Origin: Basidiobolus meristosporus CBS 931.73
Taxonomy: Eukaryota > Fungi > Basidiobolomycota
Reading direction: 5' to 3'
Assembly (NCBI GenBank): GCA_002104905.1
Contig: MCFE01000013.1
Location: forward strand, 62,001 to 126,000
DNA: 64,000 nucleotides
In this document: in pieces, positions 15,025 to 27,644 of the stretch
How the letters are laid out: each line of letters begins with the position of its first letter
Position numbering within the stretch: the stretch's first letter is position 1
Notes under the pieces: generated by a model
Database searches by the model: none
What the model was told of the DNA's origin: nothing
What the model saw: only the letters and a program-made list of their open reading frames with translations
Made by a program: the position numbers and the translations under genes

Positions 15025-18000
15025 TTAGTACTCGGAATCAATTAGTAAATCCCTATCTAGTAACTTATAGCACGAGATGCAGTTGAACAACCATGTACTA
15101 GTGCACAATTGAAAATCTTTAAGCCACGCGTTTGCCCGCTCATTGACTGGATACTTGGCATCACATATGATGACAGGTTTGCTAGTATCAATCTCCCTAT
15201 CTTGGGTATTTGCGGTAGCATATTTTTGTGAAGGCTTCCTTGAAAGCAGTCTGGCCCCGCCGAGGGTAATTAACTTTTGCAAGTCAGCTTTGCTGGGTAC
15301 CTTGAAGTCACCATGTAGGTAAAATTTGCAGTTACTAAACAAACGCGGTAGCTATATAAATTTGGCAAACAATCTGGTTATTATAAAGCAGAGAATACTC
15401 AAGATCAAGCGGGCTTCTAACCTGTTTCTTGGAGTTGCGTCGGCCTTGCTTTGGCCCAAAGGTGATTCCCATCACGGTATCTCCGGTGATTTCATAGTTG
15501 TGCTCATTTAGCCATTCGTTAGCAGTGATACTATCAATGATCCCTAATGACAGTTGTTAATAATACTGCTCTCCTGTATCAGTAGTTGAGGCATTAGTTA
15601 CAGTTGTGGTTGACAAGCCATTTCCCCACTAAAACTCCACACAGGTATTTAAACGTCCTAGGGCATATGTAATTTTCATCAGTCATCGTGACAACGTGGG
15701 TGACATTTTCGTCGAATCCATGCCCATCATCAATGGTTAATTTTAATTCAGACTGGGGCAACAGATCTAGGCTGCGTTGGAGTTCTTGCTACAAAATGCT
15801 TGGTTAACATTATATTTTGTGTCTGAATATTACGACGATTCTTTTACCCATTGTAGATCCTTTAGTCCAGTTGTCAATACATGGACAAGATAGTGCTTTC
15901 CACGGCTTGGGACTATCTGATTCTCGAAACTCAGCCGTTTTTTTAAAGCTGATTTTGGCACTGAGCCATTCACCGTGGGATTCATAATATTTGCAAGCTG
16001 GTTTGAGCCACTGTCACCAGACATGATTGGTGACGGTACCATCGTCTTTAGCGTTGCCATAGGCAGGCGTCTTTTAAGGCACATAGTGCATTTCTTGGCT
16101 CTTGGTGTGTTAAGATAAGTGCAATGCGAACAACTCCATCGATTACTACTTGTTAAAGTGTTGATGTGACCGTGCTATACTCAAGGTTGTATTAGTTTTT
16201 ATCATAGCAACCTATTTTCTCTGCAATATTACCTCTGAGCTTGGATGATTCCTGGATACACTTGGCGTCACACACGCTTCATTGCTCACTGTTGTATTTG
16301 ATTTTCTTCGCTTCCTTGGTAAAGATTCAATCTCCTGCATAATTTCCCCGTCAGTAAGTTTTAAAGCAGAAATATCGGTGTAAACACGGTCGACCTCTTT
16401 TTGTTTTTCAGAAGACACTGCGTCTTGCTTGGTTGTACCGTTCTGCTGAGCTTTATCATTACCCCGCTTTAAGCTGTTTTCCCGCGAGGAATCCTATAAA
16501 TAATATGAAGGCAACTGTGAGAAAAAACTGAATAAAAATTAACAACCGGTCTTCCTGACATGATAGGAAGTAGCTATTCTCTTGGGAGGGGATTCAATCT
16601 CAATCACAATTTTTTTGGTTTGCAGTTGAGTCGAAGGCTTGGTAACAATGGTACTGCTCCCAATACTACACTATGGTAAGGGTATTAAACTAAGTGGCAA
16701 TATATAAAACCAGCACCGAGCATCTAGCTAGTCCTTAATTATCTCCTCACCTGTTCAGTTGAATTTCCAGATACACCAGTTTTTGAGAGCTTACGAGTTC
16801 GATTTTTGGGTGTGACTTTTGGCTCTTGTTTTCCTATGATGATTATGAAGTTGTAGATCTATTTCAGTTATAATAATGGAATGTTACCATACCAAGAAGG
16901 TCTGAGGTTTTTGCGGATTCGATGGCAGGAAGTGTTGTTGTGGACTGATTTTTGTCATCCAGAGTCGAGTCTGTGTGGCTGTGTTGAGGGTCAACGTTCT
17001 CTTTGTTATCACTTGGTTCGATAGTGTTGAAGTTCTTGATGGTTTTATCGCTGATATTGCTTGGGCGCCTCTTTTTGCGTTGATATTTTACTTTGACAGA
17101 TGGGGAGTTAAGGAGTTCCATTGCGCTTTTGGAAATATTGAACGACTCGTCGTGCGGATTTTCATTAAAAGTGTAGATAGAGGCTGTCTCATCCGTGCGT
17201 TTCTTAGATAATGGCGTCTTGGATTTCGACCTCAAAGTATCGCCAGTAAATTGCAGAGGTTTGACGTTGTTGTTTTTTTGTTCAGAAAACTCAACATTTG
17301 ATACACTAGTCGCTTCAAGATCACAATCGTTAGGTCCAATATGTCGTTCAAGGAAAACGGCTCCTCTCATTTCCTTTTCTGTCTCAGTAGTCGCGAGCGG
17401 ATTCAAGTTCACAGTTTTCTGAATCTGGAGCAGTGGTGAGTTTTCTTCAGTATTAGTATCGTTTCCATTCCCTTGCGCCAGGTGATTCTCAGTAAGGCCT
17501 ATTTTGTAGAATATTTAGCGAAAGTAGTGCTAAATTATTCACAAATTGACTCACCATCGAATGCTTCTTTAGACACGTTGGCAAACAATAGCTGCGATTT
17601 GGATTCATTCGTAGAAGTACAAACGTCTACCATCGAGGCATTGGTTTAGGATGCTATTATCGAGTTTCAACAACGTTCGTGTAATACCTTCTGGCAACGT
17701 GTCATTCATTTCAGTGGGATTGGTAAGTACCAATTGTTTGATTCTTTTGAGGCAAGCGACAAGAGTGTCTTGGGAAGGATTTCTCTTTAAATTGCCAACT
17801 CTAGCAGGTAATTTACACTTTGGGCAGCGGCATTCTCGGCCTAGCTTTGGGTATATGCAATTTCTAAGCGATTGCAAGGTAAGGAAATAATACGCTGGTG
17901 GAGCTTCAGAAAGAATTTACATTACTTGCAAAAGTGATGTCCACATTCAGTCGAAGTAAACGTCTCAGTCAAAAGATTACAACTGAGAAACGGTAAGAAA

Positions 18001-18150
18001 AAAGTTAGGAACGAAGAGCAACTAAGCTGTCTGGAAATTGCAATTCGGGGCACACCAGGAGCCTCATTCAAATCATAAAACTATAGAGTACCATATTTTA
18101 CACTGAAGCAAGTTCTCTAGTCTCTCCACAGCTATATCGAATCGGCTCAT
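15025..18150 (-). CDS. BRCA1/BARD1-like protein: N-terminal C3HC4 RING, low-complexity middle, C-terminal tandem BRCT
   Basis: Spliced RING: MSRFDIAVERLENLLQCKIC-NLLTETFTSTECGHHFC...CRCPKCKLPARVGNLKRNPSQDTLVACL. BRCT1: VLTTGL...FDENVTHVVTMTDENYICPRTFKYLCGVLVGKWLVNHNW. Linker/BRCT2: GPKQGRRNSKKQ|..RLFSNCKFYLHGDFKVPSKADLQKLITLGGARLLSRKP...WLFNCIS. Confidence 0.85.
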
Positions 18151-18802
18151 TCGGTACGAACGATTGCTCTATCTATGTTTATCGAATGGTGAAAGGAAAA
18201 GCGATACCTGGTTGATATATGCTTGGTTTGATTCACAAAAATTGATAGTGACTACGCTAATGAACCAAGAAAATTATATCAACAAATTTACTAAGTAAAC
18301 GTCACAACTACTATATATCAGAGAAAATCCGAGAGGATAAACAAAACAAATAAGCATTCAAACATATACCAACCGGTGAGAGATTAGTCTGTTTTGTCTT
18401 TAGTAAAGAGAATGGGATGGTCCCAAGCAGGTCGAGGAATGAACGAAAAATAAATGTATATATACCTTTATTGGCTCGACTCATGATATTATCTACGTAC
18501 GTTCCAGTGCACAAATGGAAGACCCATTACCGCAGTCGACCGCGGTTTTTAATGTATTGCATGAATTCGATTTAAGGGTGGCTCATACCAAGATAGGATC
18601 ACCACAACAAGTGCCCTATCGAGTAGTTCATGCTTAGCATCTGCTCTAGATAACCATAAATAATAGGAAAGAAAATCAAAAGAAACACATTTTTGGGTCT
18701 GTATCTTTATGGCGATATGGTGGCATTACAAAGATTGTTTGTGGTAGAGTGGTAAGAAGAGATGACATTCTTCTATCATCATACATCAACATTTGCTCAT
18801 GT

Positions 18803-19749
18803 CTAATTATCAGCTGCATTACGATCGGCGAAATAGATACCTTCCTACCAAGCATGACAAACGATTAAGCTTTTGAAAAATCAATGTCTGTATAAATGAA
18901 CCGACTTACCAATGCTTTCCAAGCTGTACTCTTACTCTTCTGTGATAGCGCATGAACTTCAAGTTGTCCATAAATTACGTGCTGGTGGTAGGTGTAACGC
19001 TTATCAGTTGAAAGATATTTTCCTGTATCAACATGATGCAAGTGTATATCGTGATTACGGATCCAAGAACTGTCTTGTGTGTTAGAACAGAGAACTTTCC
19101 AATGATCACCTGAAAACAATACTCAGTATGGTAGAAAGTATTAAACACAACAATATAGGTTTTTACCGCTATCTTCTCCTTGATAGGCACTGATCTCCTG
19201 GTAATTTGACATTGGAGCATCATGTAAATGGCTGTGAAGATGTGTTTTGGTATTCATATGTTGTAAGCGAACTACGGAGTTACACTCGATAGGTTGGCTG
19301 CGGATATGAAATAAATTACAAAGCTGAAAAGTACACTGGTTATTGATCATACTAACCCACGAGGGCAGTTTTCACCTAAAGCTCCCTTGACTATCCAAAA
19401 ACTATTTGTATCGTCGGCAGTAGGTAAGGCGGTGACAGATTGTTGTCGACTTCCGGAGCCTAGAGCGGATGTATCAGTGATCTACTCCAGGCGTATATCC
19501 TCAGGTATACGTACCATATGGAATCTCGTGTGAATGAAGTCTATATCCTGTCTCGCTGTGGCTCAATTTCAGGGCACTGCCACAAGTAACCTTTTCGAAA
19601 TCTGTAAAGAGGTTTACCCCTATTCTATCAAGCTGAAAATATTACACCATACCTTCGTCAATCTCGTACGATATTGCTCCATGGACAAGATGTTCACTTA
19701 ACAAAAAGCAGGTGAATGCGAGGGTAACAAGCCTGGGCCACTTGAGCAT
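18803..19749 (-). CDS. SDF2: Stromal cell-derived factor 2-like ER protein (signal peptide plus MIR domains), multi-exon
   Basis: Signal peptide MLKWPRLVTLAFTCFLLSEHLVHG, then VTCGSALKLSHSETGYRLHSHEIPYG, HLHSHLH, LHHVDTGKYLS and GQLEVHA...EGIYF. Confidence 0.88.
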
Positions 19750-20102
19750 TTTCAAAATAACTATGATAGAGTGAAGTCTCTAGAGCTTGCTTACAACAGA
19801 CAAGTGCCATGAGATTATTTAGAGTATATTATCTACCAATAAACCGCTACCAACTGGTCATTGAATCGAATCTTAGTGAGTTGGTGTATAAGCGGTGCGA
19901 TTAGTCTAAATCCCAAATCAGCATTTGATTGATACGCTTTTATGTTGGTGCGGTCCATGTGGCCATTGACATTGTATCCGGCAGTGCACAAAATATCGGG
20001 ATCTATTAGATGAATTTTTTTCTACAGACAAGACTTGGACACATTATCTGCTTACTATTCGCGACAGCCACCTCACCGTTGCTTAGTTGAAACTTTGTAA
20101 CA

Positions 20103-21548
20103 ATGATACATATCAACTTCACAAAGATTTGTGGAGTGGCCATCGTTTTACGTTTGGTATTGCTCATATATGGCGAATGGCAAGATGCAAATATGACAGT
20201 TAAATACACAGATATTGATTATTTGGTTTTTACTGATGCTTCTCGTTTTGTGACCGAAGGAAAAAGCCCATACGAGAGAGCTACATATAGATACACGCCA
20301 TTACTTGCCGTTATGTTGATGCCAAACATCTACTTGCACAAGGCGTTCGGTAAATGTTTGTTTGTTCTGGCCGATATAGTTGTAGGAATTCTGATTGCGA
20401 AAATTCTTCAACGTCGTGGTCTAAATCCAACGAAAATCAACTTCTATACGAGTTTGTGGCTTCTCAACCCGGTGGTTGCTAATATATCGACTCGTGGAAA
20501 CGCTGAATCATTGATAGGTGCTTTGATCCTGGGCTTCTTATATTGCTTGTTAACCAAGCGCTTATACCTGGGTTCGATACTTTTCGGGTTGTCCGTTCAC
20601 TTCAAAATGTACCCTATCATATACGCACTGCCCGGTTTAATGCTATTAGATGACAACTTCGATACAAAGAAAGGGAAAAGACGAGCCGTATTAAAGGAGA
20701 ATCAGAGTTGGCTAGGAAAGGCAGTTGATTTCGTTAACAAAAAGAGGATCATTTTTGGACTATTAAGCGGTGGAGTGTTCCTATTGTTGAATGGAGTGAT
20801 GTATTACTTGTAAAGTTGCTCTCCAAGCACTTCGCACTTGGTTGCCGTTCTAAAGGGATATTTATTCTGTAGGTACGGGTTTGAATTTCTATACGAGACC
20901 TATCTCTATCATGTCACACGGAAGGATCATCGCCACAATTTCTCCGTTTGGTTCTACCATATCTACCTGAACTTCTCCTCACCAGAAAGCAGATTTTTGG
21001 GGCTGGCGACATCTATTCCGCAACTAGGAATCACTTTCTTGTTGGGATTGCTTTTCGGCAAAGATATCTTCTTCAGCTGCTTTGCCCAGACATTTGCTTT
21101 TGTAATGTACAATAGAGTGTGTACCTCTCAGGTGAGCATAGCATAGACATTAAGGAGGTTTTCACCCGCAATCAACTAACTCGAGGCATTAGTACTTCAT
21201 GTGGTATATCTGCCTGTTTCCACTAATACTTCCTTCCACTACTCTCAACTTCAGGTGGAAGGGAGTGCTCATGATCCTAGCATGGGTGGGCAGCCAGGTA
21301 AGTCAGCTAGCCATTATCAATGCAGCATGGATCAGATCTAATCAATCGGTGTGGCTTAGGGATTCTGGTTGAACTTTGGGTACCAACTCGAGTTCCTTGG
21401 ACAGAATGTATTCTATCAATTGTGGGTTTCTGGAATCTTGTTCTTCATGGCAAATACATGGATCCTGGTGGAATTTGTTCAGAACCATTGCTACGAGCCA
21501 GTTTTCAATGCTGGTAAGGTTAGAAGGGTTTGGGCAAGCACTAAATAG
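20103..21548 (+). CDS. GPI14: GPI mannosyltransferase 1 (PIG-M/Gpi14), multi-exon
   Basis: Motifs VKYTDIDYLVFTDA, PYERATYRYTPLLA, ISTRGNAE, VHFKMYPIIY, YHVTRKDHRHNFS and VCTSQ|YFMWY. Confidence 0.96.
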
Positions 21549-21864
21549 CCAGCACTAAATACACTTGATCCTCATGACCAATGTTTCAATAAACTGAATC
21601 CATCTACTAGTGTCGATATCCAGTTCTGATTGGTGTTTAGGAATTAGGCTGCAATGATTACAGAATATGTACAACCACATACTGAACAAATACAAATGCC
21701 TTCGTGGAGGCTGAAATTAATTTAACGTAAAACCGGTCTGCAACGGCTTTTGTTCGAGGAAAACATGACTCTGTAGACGATATTGGAAGCTCCCCTATTT
21801 GCACTTCCCAACCCTTCACAGGAGCTAATAACCATCTTAACCTCACAAGCAAAAACTTCTTATC

Positions 21865-24088
21865 ATGGTCACTACAGTGAGCCGGACGGACCCCGAGCAG
21901 ATATACACAATACTGGAAAAGCGGGGTAGTGGCTCCTTTGGAACAGTGTATAAAGCCATCCATAATACAACAAAACAGCTTGTCGCCATTAAGAAAATTG
22001 ATCTAGAGGCTGCGGAAGATGATATATCTGACATTCAACAAGAGATAGCTTTGCTTTCTCAGTGCGATTCAGACTTTATAACTCGATATTACGACTCGTA
22101 TGTCAAGGGATTCAAACTGTGGATTGGTAAGATATGTCTCTTTCAGTGTAAACGAATATTGACTCCTCTTGAACACGTCTAGTCATGGAATATATGTCAG
22201 GGGGATCTTGTTTAGACCTAGTAAGTAGCTCCTACACTAACCTTAGCTCACATGCACTCTAGCGGAGATTGATGTATTTTGACTAGTTAAAGCCAGGACC
22301 TTTCCCTGAGCAGATGATTGCTGTGATATTAAGGGAGTTGCTGTTGGGGTTGGATTATTTACACGCCGAAGGAAAAATCCATCGTGACATCAAGTGTATG
22401 GCTTTGGTTGGGTTGTGGAGTGCTGATATTCATTGCGGGAAATCTAATTGGACTTTTGGGGCTAGGTGCCAACATCTTACTATCCGGGGAAGGAAACGTG
22501 AAGCTAGGTAGTTGTTAAAGCAAAAAGATTGAGTCAATACTTAATAACCTGATTGCTCTGTAGCTGACTTCGGGGTTGCTGCACAGCTAGCACACCAAAA
22601 GAGCAAGCGGCGCACCTTTGTGGGAACACCGGTAAACTTTGCTCGTTCGTAGAGTTTGGTGCAATGAAGTTATATAACATATACAATTTAGTTCTGGATG
22701 GCACCAGAAGTGATACAGCAGACTGGATACGACTCGAAGGTACTTGCTGTAGAATTCATTAAACGTAGCGGAATCTGATAGCCCTGCAGGCGGATATCTG
22801 GTCATTAGGGATCACTGCCATTGAAATGGCTCATGGTCAACCTCCCTATGCTGACTATAATCCGATGAGAGTGCTTTTTCTTATTCCAAAAAGCAACCCA
22901 CCTGTACTCGATGGCAAGTTTTCTACCGAGTTTAAGGATTTCGTTTCTTTGTGTTTGACCAAGAATCAGAACGCGGTAATTGCTCCCCACCACTCACTGC
23001 CAAATCTGTTATTAATTTTCATCCGTGATAGCGACCTTCTGCCAAAGAGCTGCTGAAGCATCCTTTTATCAAGAATTCCAAGAGAGGAGTTGGTTGTCTT
23101 CAAGAATTAATAGAACAGTATGAGCAGTGGAGAATTGCCGAGGACGAGGGTGATCCATACGCCGAGAGTTGGAGAACACCGTAAATACTCTAACGTTCGT
23201 AGACTCTCTCCTCAAGTTATATTCAATATGATTGCCATAGCGTTGTGGAAACCGAAGAAAACTATTATATGTCCTGGGATTTCGATACGGTTAAGATGAC
23301 TCACAAGACGATAAAGGAACTCGCCCCTGGTAAAAGAGTAAGTGCCTTCGCATTAATTCTCAGCCAGGAATACACGACTGAATCGATTGCTAGACCTCGA
23401 TCATTTCTGAAGCCACTATTTCGCTTGCGGAGATCAAAAGGTTCTATGACATGGAAGGCACCTTGGAAGAAACGTAATGTAGCTTTATTTTTAGGGGAAT
23501 TTTTTGGTTTGGTCCTCACCCTCATACAAAATCCAAAACATTCTAGTTCACAAACAATGAAGCATACCAACATACTCTTCCCTGGTGATACTTTTGAAGA
23601 AAATGGGATGAATATAACAAGCGAAAGTAGTAATCCGCTTGCCGATAATGTTCTCGTCCCGACTATATTAAAGGTAACAAGGCTGTTAAGATTTGTGTAA
23701 ATTGAACAAGCTTCTTTAACCTCCTCTGACAGATTAAAGAAAAGCATCCTGAGGCGGTTGATGCGCTGCATATCGTTTCTCTGGGAATAGAAAAGTTGAG
23801 AAAATCGGTACCCGGCGTGGTGGATGAATTTGTTACGGAACTCTGGGATAATTTGAAAAGGTATTTATTGGTGACAGAGCGTATTGCTGGTTAAAGAGAG
23901 ATAGGAAGTTTACCTCGCTTTGGTGTGTTCCAGAAATCCTGAACTCTACTCAGAAATTAGCCAAAGCGGGACATGGAAATTCTCTACGAAAAAGCGGAAA
24001 AACCTTACCACAGCTCATTTCGAGATGCCCGAGGTTTCTAGTTCAATACTTGTGGGACATCAAGGGCAAACTGAATTTCGAGAGGTAA
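21865..24088 (+). CDS. Ste20-family (GCK-III, MST3/4/STK25-like) serine/threonine kinase, many exons; 3' end uncertain (23942 or 24088)
   Basis: Motifs [46 protein letters not shown]...TFVGTP|FWMAPEVI and [14 protein letters not shown]...[10 protein letters not shown]. Confidence 0.92.
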
Positions 24089-24548
24089 AACAGGCCGCCC
24101 CTACTGATAATAAGGGCGCTCGGTTCGATTTCTTTGGTTGGAAATGGGGTTGGTAAAGTTTGAAATTTGGAGCTGGAATCTCCGCTCACACATTTACCCC
24201 TCGATACTTCAGTGCTCCACGAGTATAGCTGAACCTTAATAAGTTGGTAGCTACTATTCTTCACGCGTTAACTATAGGGTCCTTCGCTGTTTCTTACGCT
24301 TATCGTATATCTACTCTAATTACTCCATTTAAATTAAGCTAGTAAAGCAAGTTGGTCTATCAAGACTGTAAAAGTGTCACCAATCGTCATTGCAGTGAAT
24401 AGTTTCATATTAGCTTATTGATGATAGGGTTAGGATATGTATTTCTATCCATTAGTATATTCTCATAGATCAAGATTCCCAAAGGGCAAAGCCACAATCT
24501 TCTCATATTTATGGTCATCCACAGTCTCGTTTATCTAGAGTATCTGCT

Positions 24549-25343
24549 ATGACTAAAGGGTTAAGAGAGAATGTACTTAAGAGTGCAATCCATTTTTTGC
24601 GCATCCCTGAAGTTAGAAACAGTTCATTAGCAAAGAAGATAGCTTTTCTAGAGTTTAAAGGGTTGACCAAAACCGAAATCCACGAGGCTCTGAGGTTGGC
24701 TTCGTCAGATAAAGAATCTGGTGACCTGCTCCTTACCCCCTACACTTCTGAAGCGAGCATATGGAAGCGGTGCTTGGCCGCTGCTGCTGCTGTCAGTGGT
24801 GTCAGCTGTGGTTTGTATTATCTATTGAAGGTATAGTAGCTATGTAGGAACGTTCTTTCGAAGCAAAAGCTAAGTTTTTGGTGTTCTAGGAGTCTTCGCC
24901 TAAAATTACGCGCAACGAGGGTCTGGAGGCCGAAACAGAATATACAAGAGAGTATCAGACAGCCTCAAGCTCAACTGCTAACGATTAAACAGGATGCCAT
25001 GGATATGGTACAATGCATCCAAACACAAAAAGATGAAGTAAATACCAAGGTGGCCCACATGAGTGAATTATTAGGACATTTGAAAACACGGGATCACGAA
25101 CGTCATCAAGAGCTACTGTTGCTGCGCGAAGAGCTCCACAAAATCAAATATTTTATACCGAAGGTCAGTTGAAAGCTTGCCATAGCTCAAGAATGTCAAT
25201 CAACTGAATATGTCTTCAAGATACTTGAAAATCAGAAGGAATCACAGAACACTATGCTGACCGAATTACAAGACGAACTTAAATCCCTAAAAGAAATTCT
25301 GCTCACTGGAAAAACTAAGCGACTGAGTAAATCAGATCAATAA
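24549..25343 (+). CDS. PEX14: Short Pex14-like peroxin with an apparent +1 frameshift near 24967
   Basis: Pex14_N-type LRENVLKSAIHFLRIPEVRNSSLAKKIAFLEFKGLTKTEIHEAL, a hydrophobic segment, and a coiled coil ending ELQDELKSLKEILL. The canonical splice reads into a stop near 24990 unless one base is removed. Confidence 0.75.
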
Positions 25344-25657
25344 AGTGGATATAAATATCTACCTTCACATACAACATGCATCAAATAAAGCATACTGAGA
25401 GCACATGCATGTGAAAGCAACCGTCGCACGTGATATCACCAAGTTGTTTTCTTCAGGTCATATGAAGCTCGCTTACGTTGTTTATTTGCACTCGATTGGA
25501 TCTTACCAACCCCGCGTGACGGCATTTTACTTTAAGATTCTTCACGTGAAAACATTGCAGTTCAGGGATGAAGGGGAGAAGTAAATCAGTGTATAAGTAC
25601 GAGGCAAGTTGAACCGTCCAAGTTCACTTCATCTTCTCACAACACATATCTACACCA

Positions 25658-26531
25658 ATGACTGTCAACATCCCAGGATTCAAGAGCTCCGTCGTCTTCG
25701 AGCAACTCAAGAACAGTATCGAGAGCCAAGATGAGGCCAAAAAACAAGCTACTATCAAAAAGGTTTGTTCGTAATCCCCTCCCCCGATGCCTAACTTCGT
25801 CACTAACAAATCTTGCCTCCTAGACTAATGGCATCTATCAATTCGATATTAAAAACGCTGAGGGTAAAGAACAGACATGGCATATGGACCTCAAGAAGCA
25901 GGGTACCGTAAATACTGGAAAGCCAAGTGGAAAGCCCGATGTCCACTTGACCCTTAGCGATGACGTGTTTGCTGACTTGGCTTCTGGTAAGCTCGATGCT
26001 ACCAAGGCCTATATGCAAGGAAAGCTCAAGTTCAAGGGCTCCATGATGCTTGCAACCAAGTTGGACAGCGTCCTCAAGGATGCCAAAAACTCTCAGGCCA
26101 CCGCGGCAGCACCTGCTCCCAGCAACCAGACACCAACCGGTTCAGTTGTTGTAGACGGATTCCAAGCATCCAATGTCTTTAAGCAGATTGAGGCAGGAAT
26201 GAAGGCCTCCTCACCCCAACAGCGCAAAGACAATGTTCAAAAGGTTAAAGGCGTGTTCCAGATCGATATTAAGAATGCTGAAGGCAAGCAGCAATCCTGG
26301 ACCTTGGACATGAAGAACGGTGAAGGCAGCCTTTCGTTGGGAGCCATCAAGCCACCAAAGAAGGCTGATGTTGTGATCACTGTGAACGACCAGGATTTTG
26401 TTGACATGAGTTCCGGCAAGTTAAACGGCCAAAAGGCCTTCATGCAGGGAAAATTAAAATTCAAGGGTTCGATGATGTTGGCTACCAAGCTTGACACTGT
26501 CCTCAAGGGCTTCCAAAAATCGAAACTATAA
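25658..26531 (+). CDS. Tandem two-domain sterol carrier protein 2 (SCP2) with C-terminal PTS1 (SKL), one intron
   Basis: Exon 1 is MTVNIPGFKSSVVFEQLK. There are two copies of QGKLKFKGSMMLATKLD, and the protein ends FQKSKL*. Confidence 0.92.
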
Positions 26532-26732
26532 AGCCACCATATGAAAGCACTATATGAAATAAAATCATCATGTAAAATAAAAGCCACTTACGTTGAGGAT
26601 GGAACATTCCGATGTTTGATTGATGGAGGATCTTTGTTCAAGACCCGGGATCAACCGTTTTTTTTTATCCAGCACTACTATTACATTGCTCAAGGATGCC
26701 TACTAGTGTTTCTTCACGTTAACTTTTCGAAC

Positions 26733-27386
26733 ATGCCCTCAGCAAAGATTGCCCCTTCTCTCCTCTCAGGAGATTTCGCCAAGCTGGCTGAAGACTGCCA
26801 GTATATGGTAGAATGCGGAGCTGACTACTTACATATGGACGTAATGGACGGCCATTTTGTCCCCAATCTCACCTTGGGCGCTCCCATCATTAAATCCCTT
26901 CGCAAGCACACCAAGGCTTTCCTCGATTGCCACCTCATGGTTTCTCACCCTGAACAATGGGTGGAGGATTTTGCCAACGCTGGAGCTGACATGTTTACTT
27001 TCCATATCGAGGCTACTCAAGATGCCCCTGCCCTCATTGAATCCGTTCGCAAAACCGGAATGAAGGTTGGTATTGCCTTGAAGCCCAAAACACCAGCTTC
27101 AGCAGTTCTTGACCTTGCTGATAAGGTCGATATGATTCTTGTCATGACTGTGGAGCCAGGCTTTGGTGGCCAATCGTTCATGGCCGATATGATGCCAAAG
27201 GTCCAAGAAATCCGCCAAAAATACCCCAACCTTGACATCCAAGTCGATGGAGGTCTTGCACTTGATACCATCGATCAAGCAGCCAAGGCTGGCGCCAACG
27301 TGATCGTTGCTGGTACAGCCATTTTCAAGGCCGAGTCCCCCAAAGATACCATTGCACTTCTTAGAAAAGCTGTTGACGAACAATAG
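26733..27386 (+). CDS. RPE1: Ribulose-5-phosphate 3-epimerase, intronless
   Basis: Motifs MPSAKIAPSLLSGDFA, HMDVMDGHFVPNLT, DCHLMV, MTVEPGFGGQ and IQVDGG. Confidence 0.97.
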   Translation: MPSAKIAPSLLSGDFAKLAEDCQYMVECGADYLHMDVMDGHFVPNLTLGAPIIKSLRKHTKAFLDCHLMVSHPEQWVEDFANAGADMFTFHIEATQDAPALIESVRKTGMKVGIALKPKTPASAVLDLADKVDMILVMTVEPGFGGQSFMADMMPKVQEIRQKYPNLDIQVDGGLALDTIDQAAKAGANVIVAGTAIFKAESPKDTIALLRKAVDEQ

Positions 27387-27644
27387 AATAGATAATTCTG
27401 ATACCCAAACATCTGAACCAAACGTAAATTAAATTGTAGTGCATTTAATAATAGAGCTTGGCTAATTATCAGATTTTGGTGCAAGTGGGCTCCCCTGCCT
27501 GGAGCTATTTAAAATGATGTTGGTGTGTAATAAATTAGAGTATTTGTGTAACTCGATGTTTACCCTGACCCTTTCTAAGACTTCTTCAGCAAGCGTGACT
27601 CTTTCAAACTGTCTTGATTCAGTACCCAAACTTGACTGTTGGCA

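Noticed and set aside
26541-26732. 64-aa N-terminal extension of RPE1 in the ORF track
   Set aside because: It starts 10 bp after the SCP2 stop in terminator-like DNA, whereas family similarity begins at MPSAKIAPS (26733).
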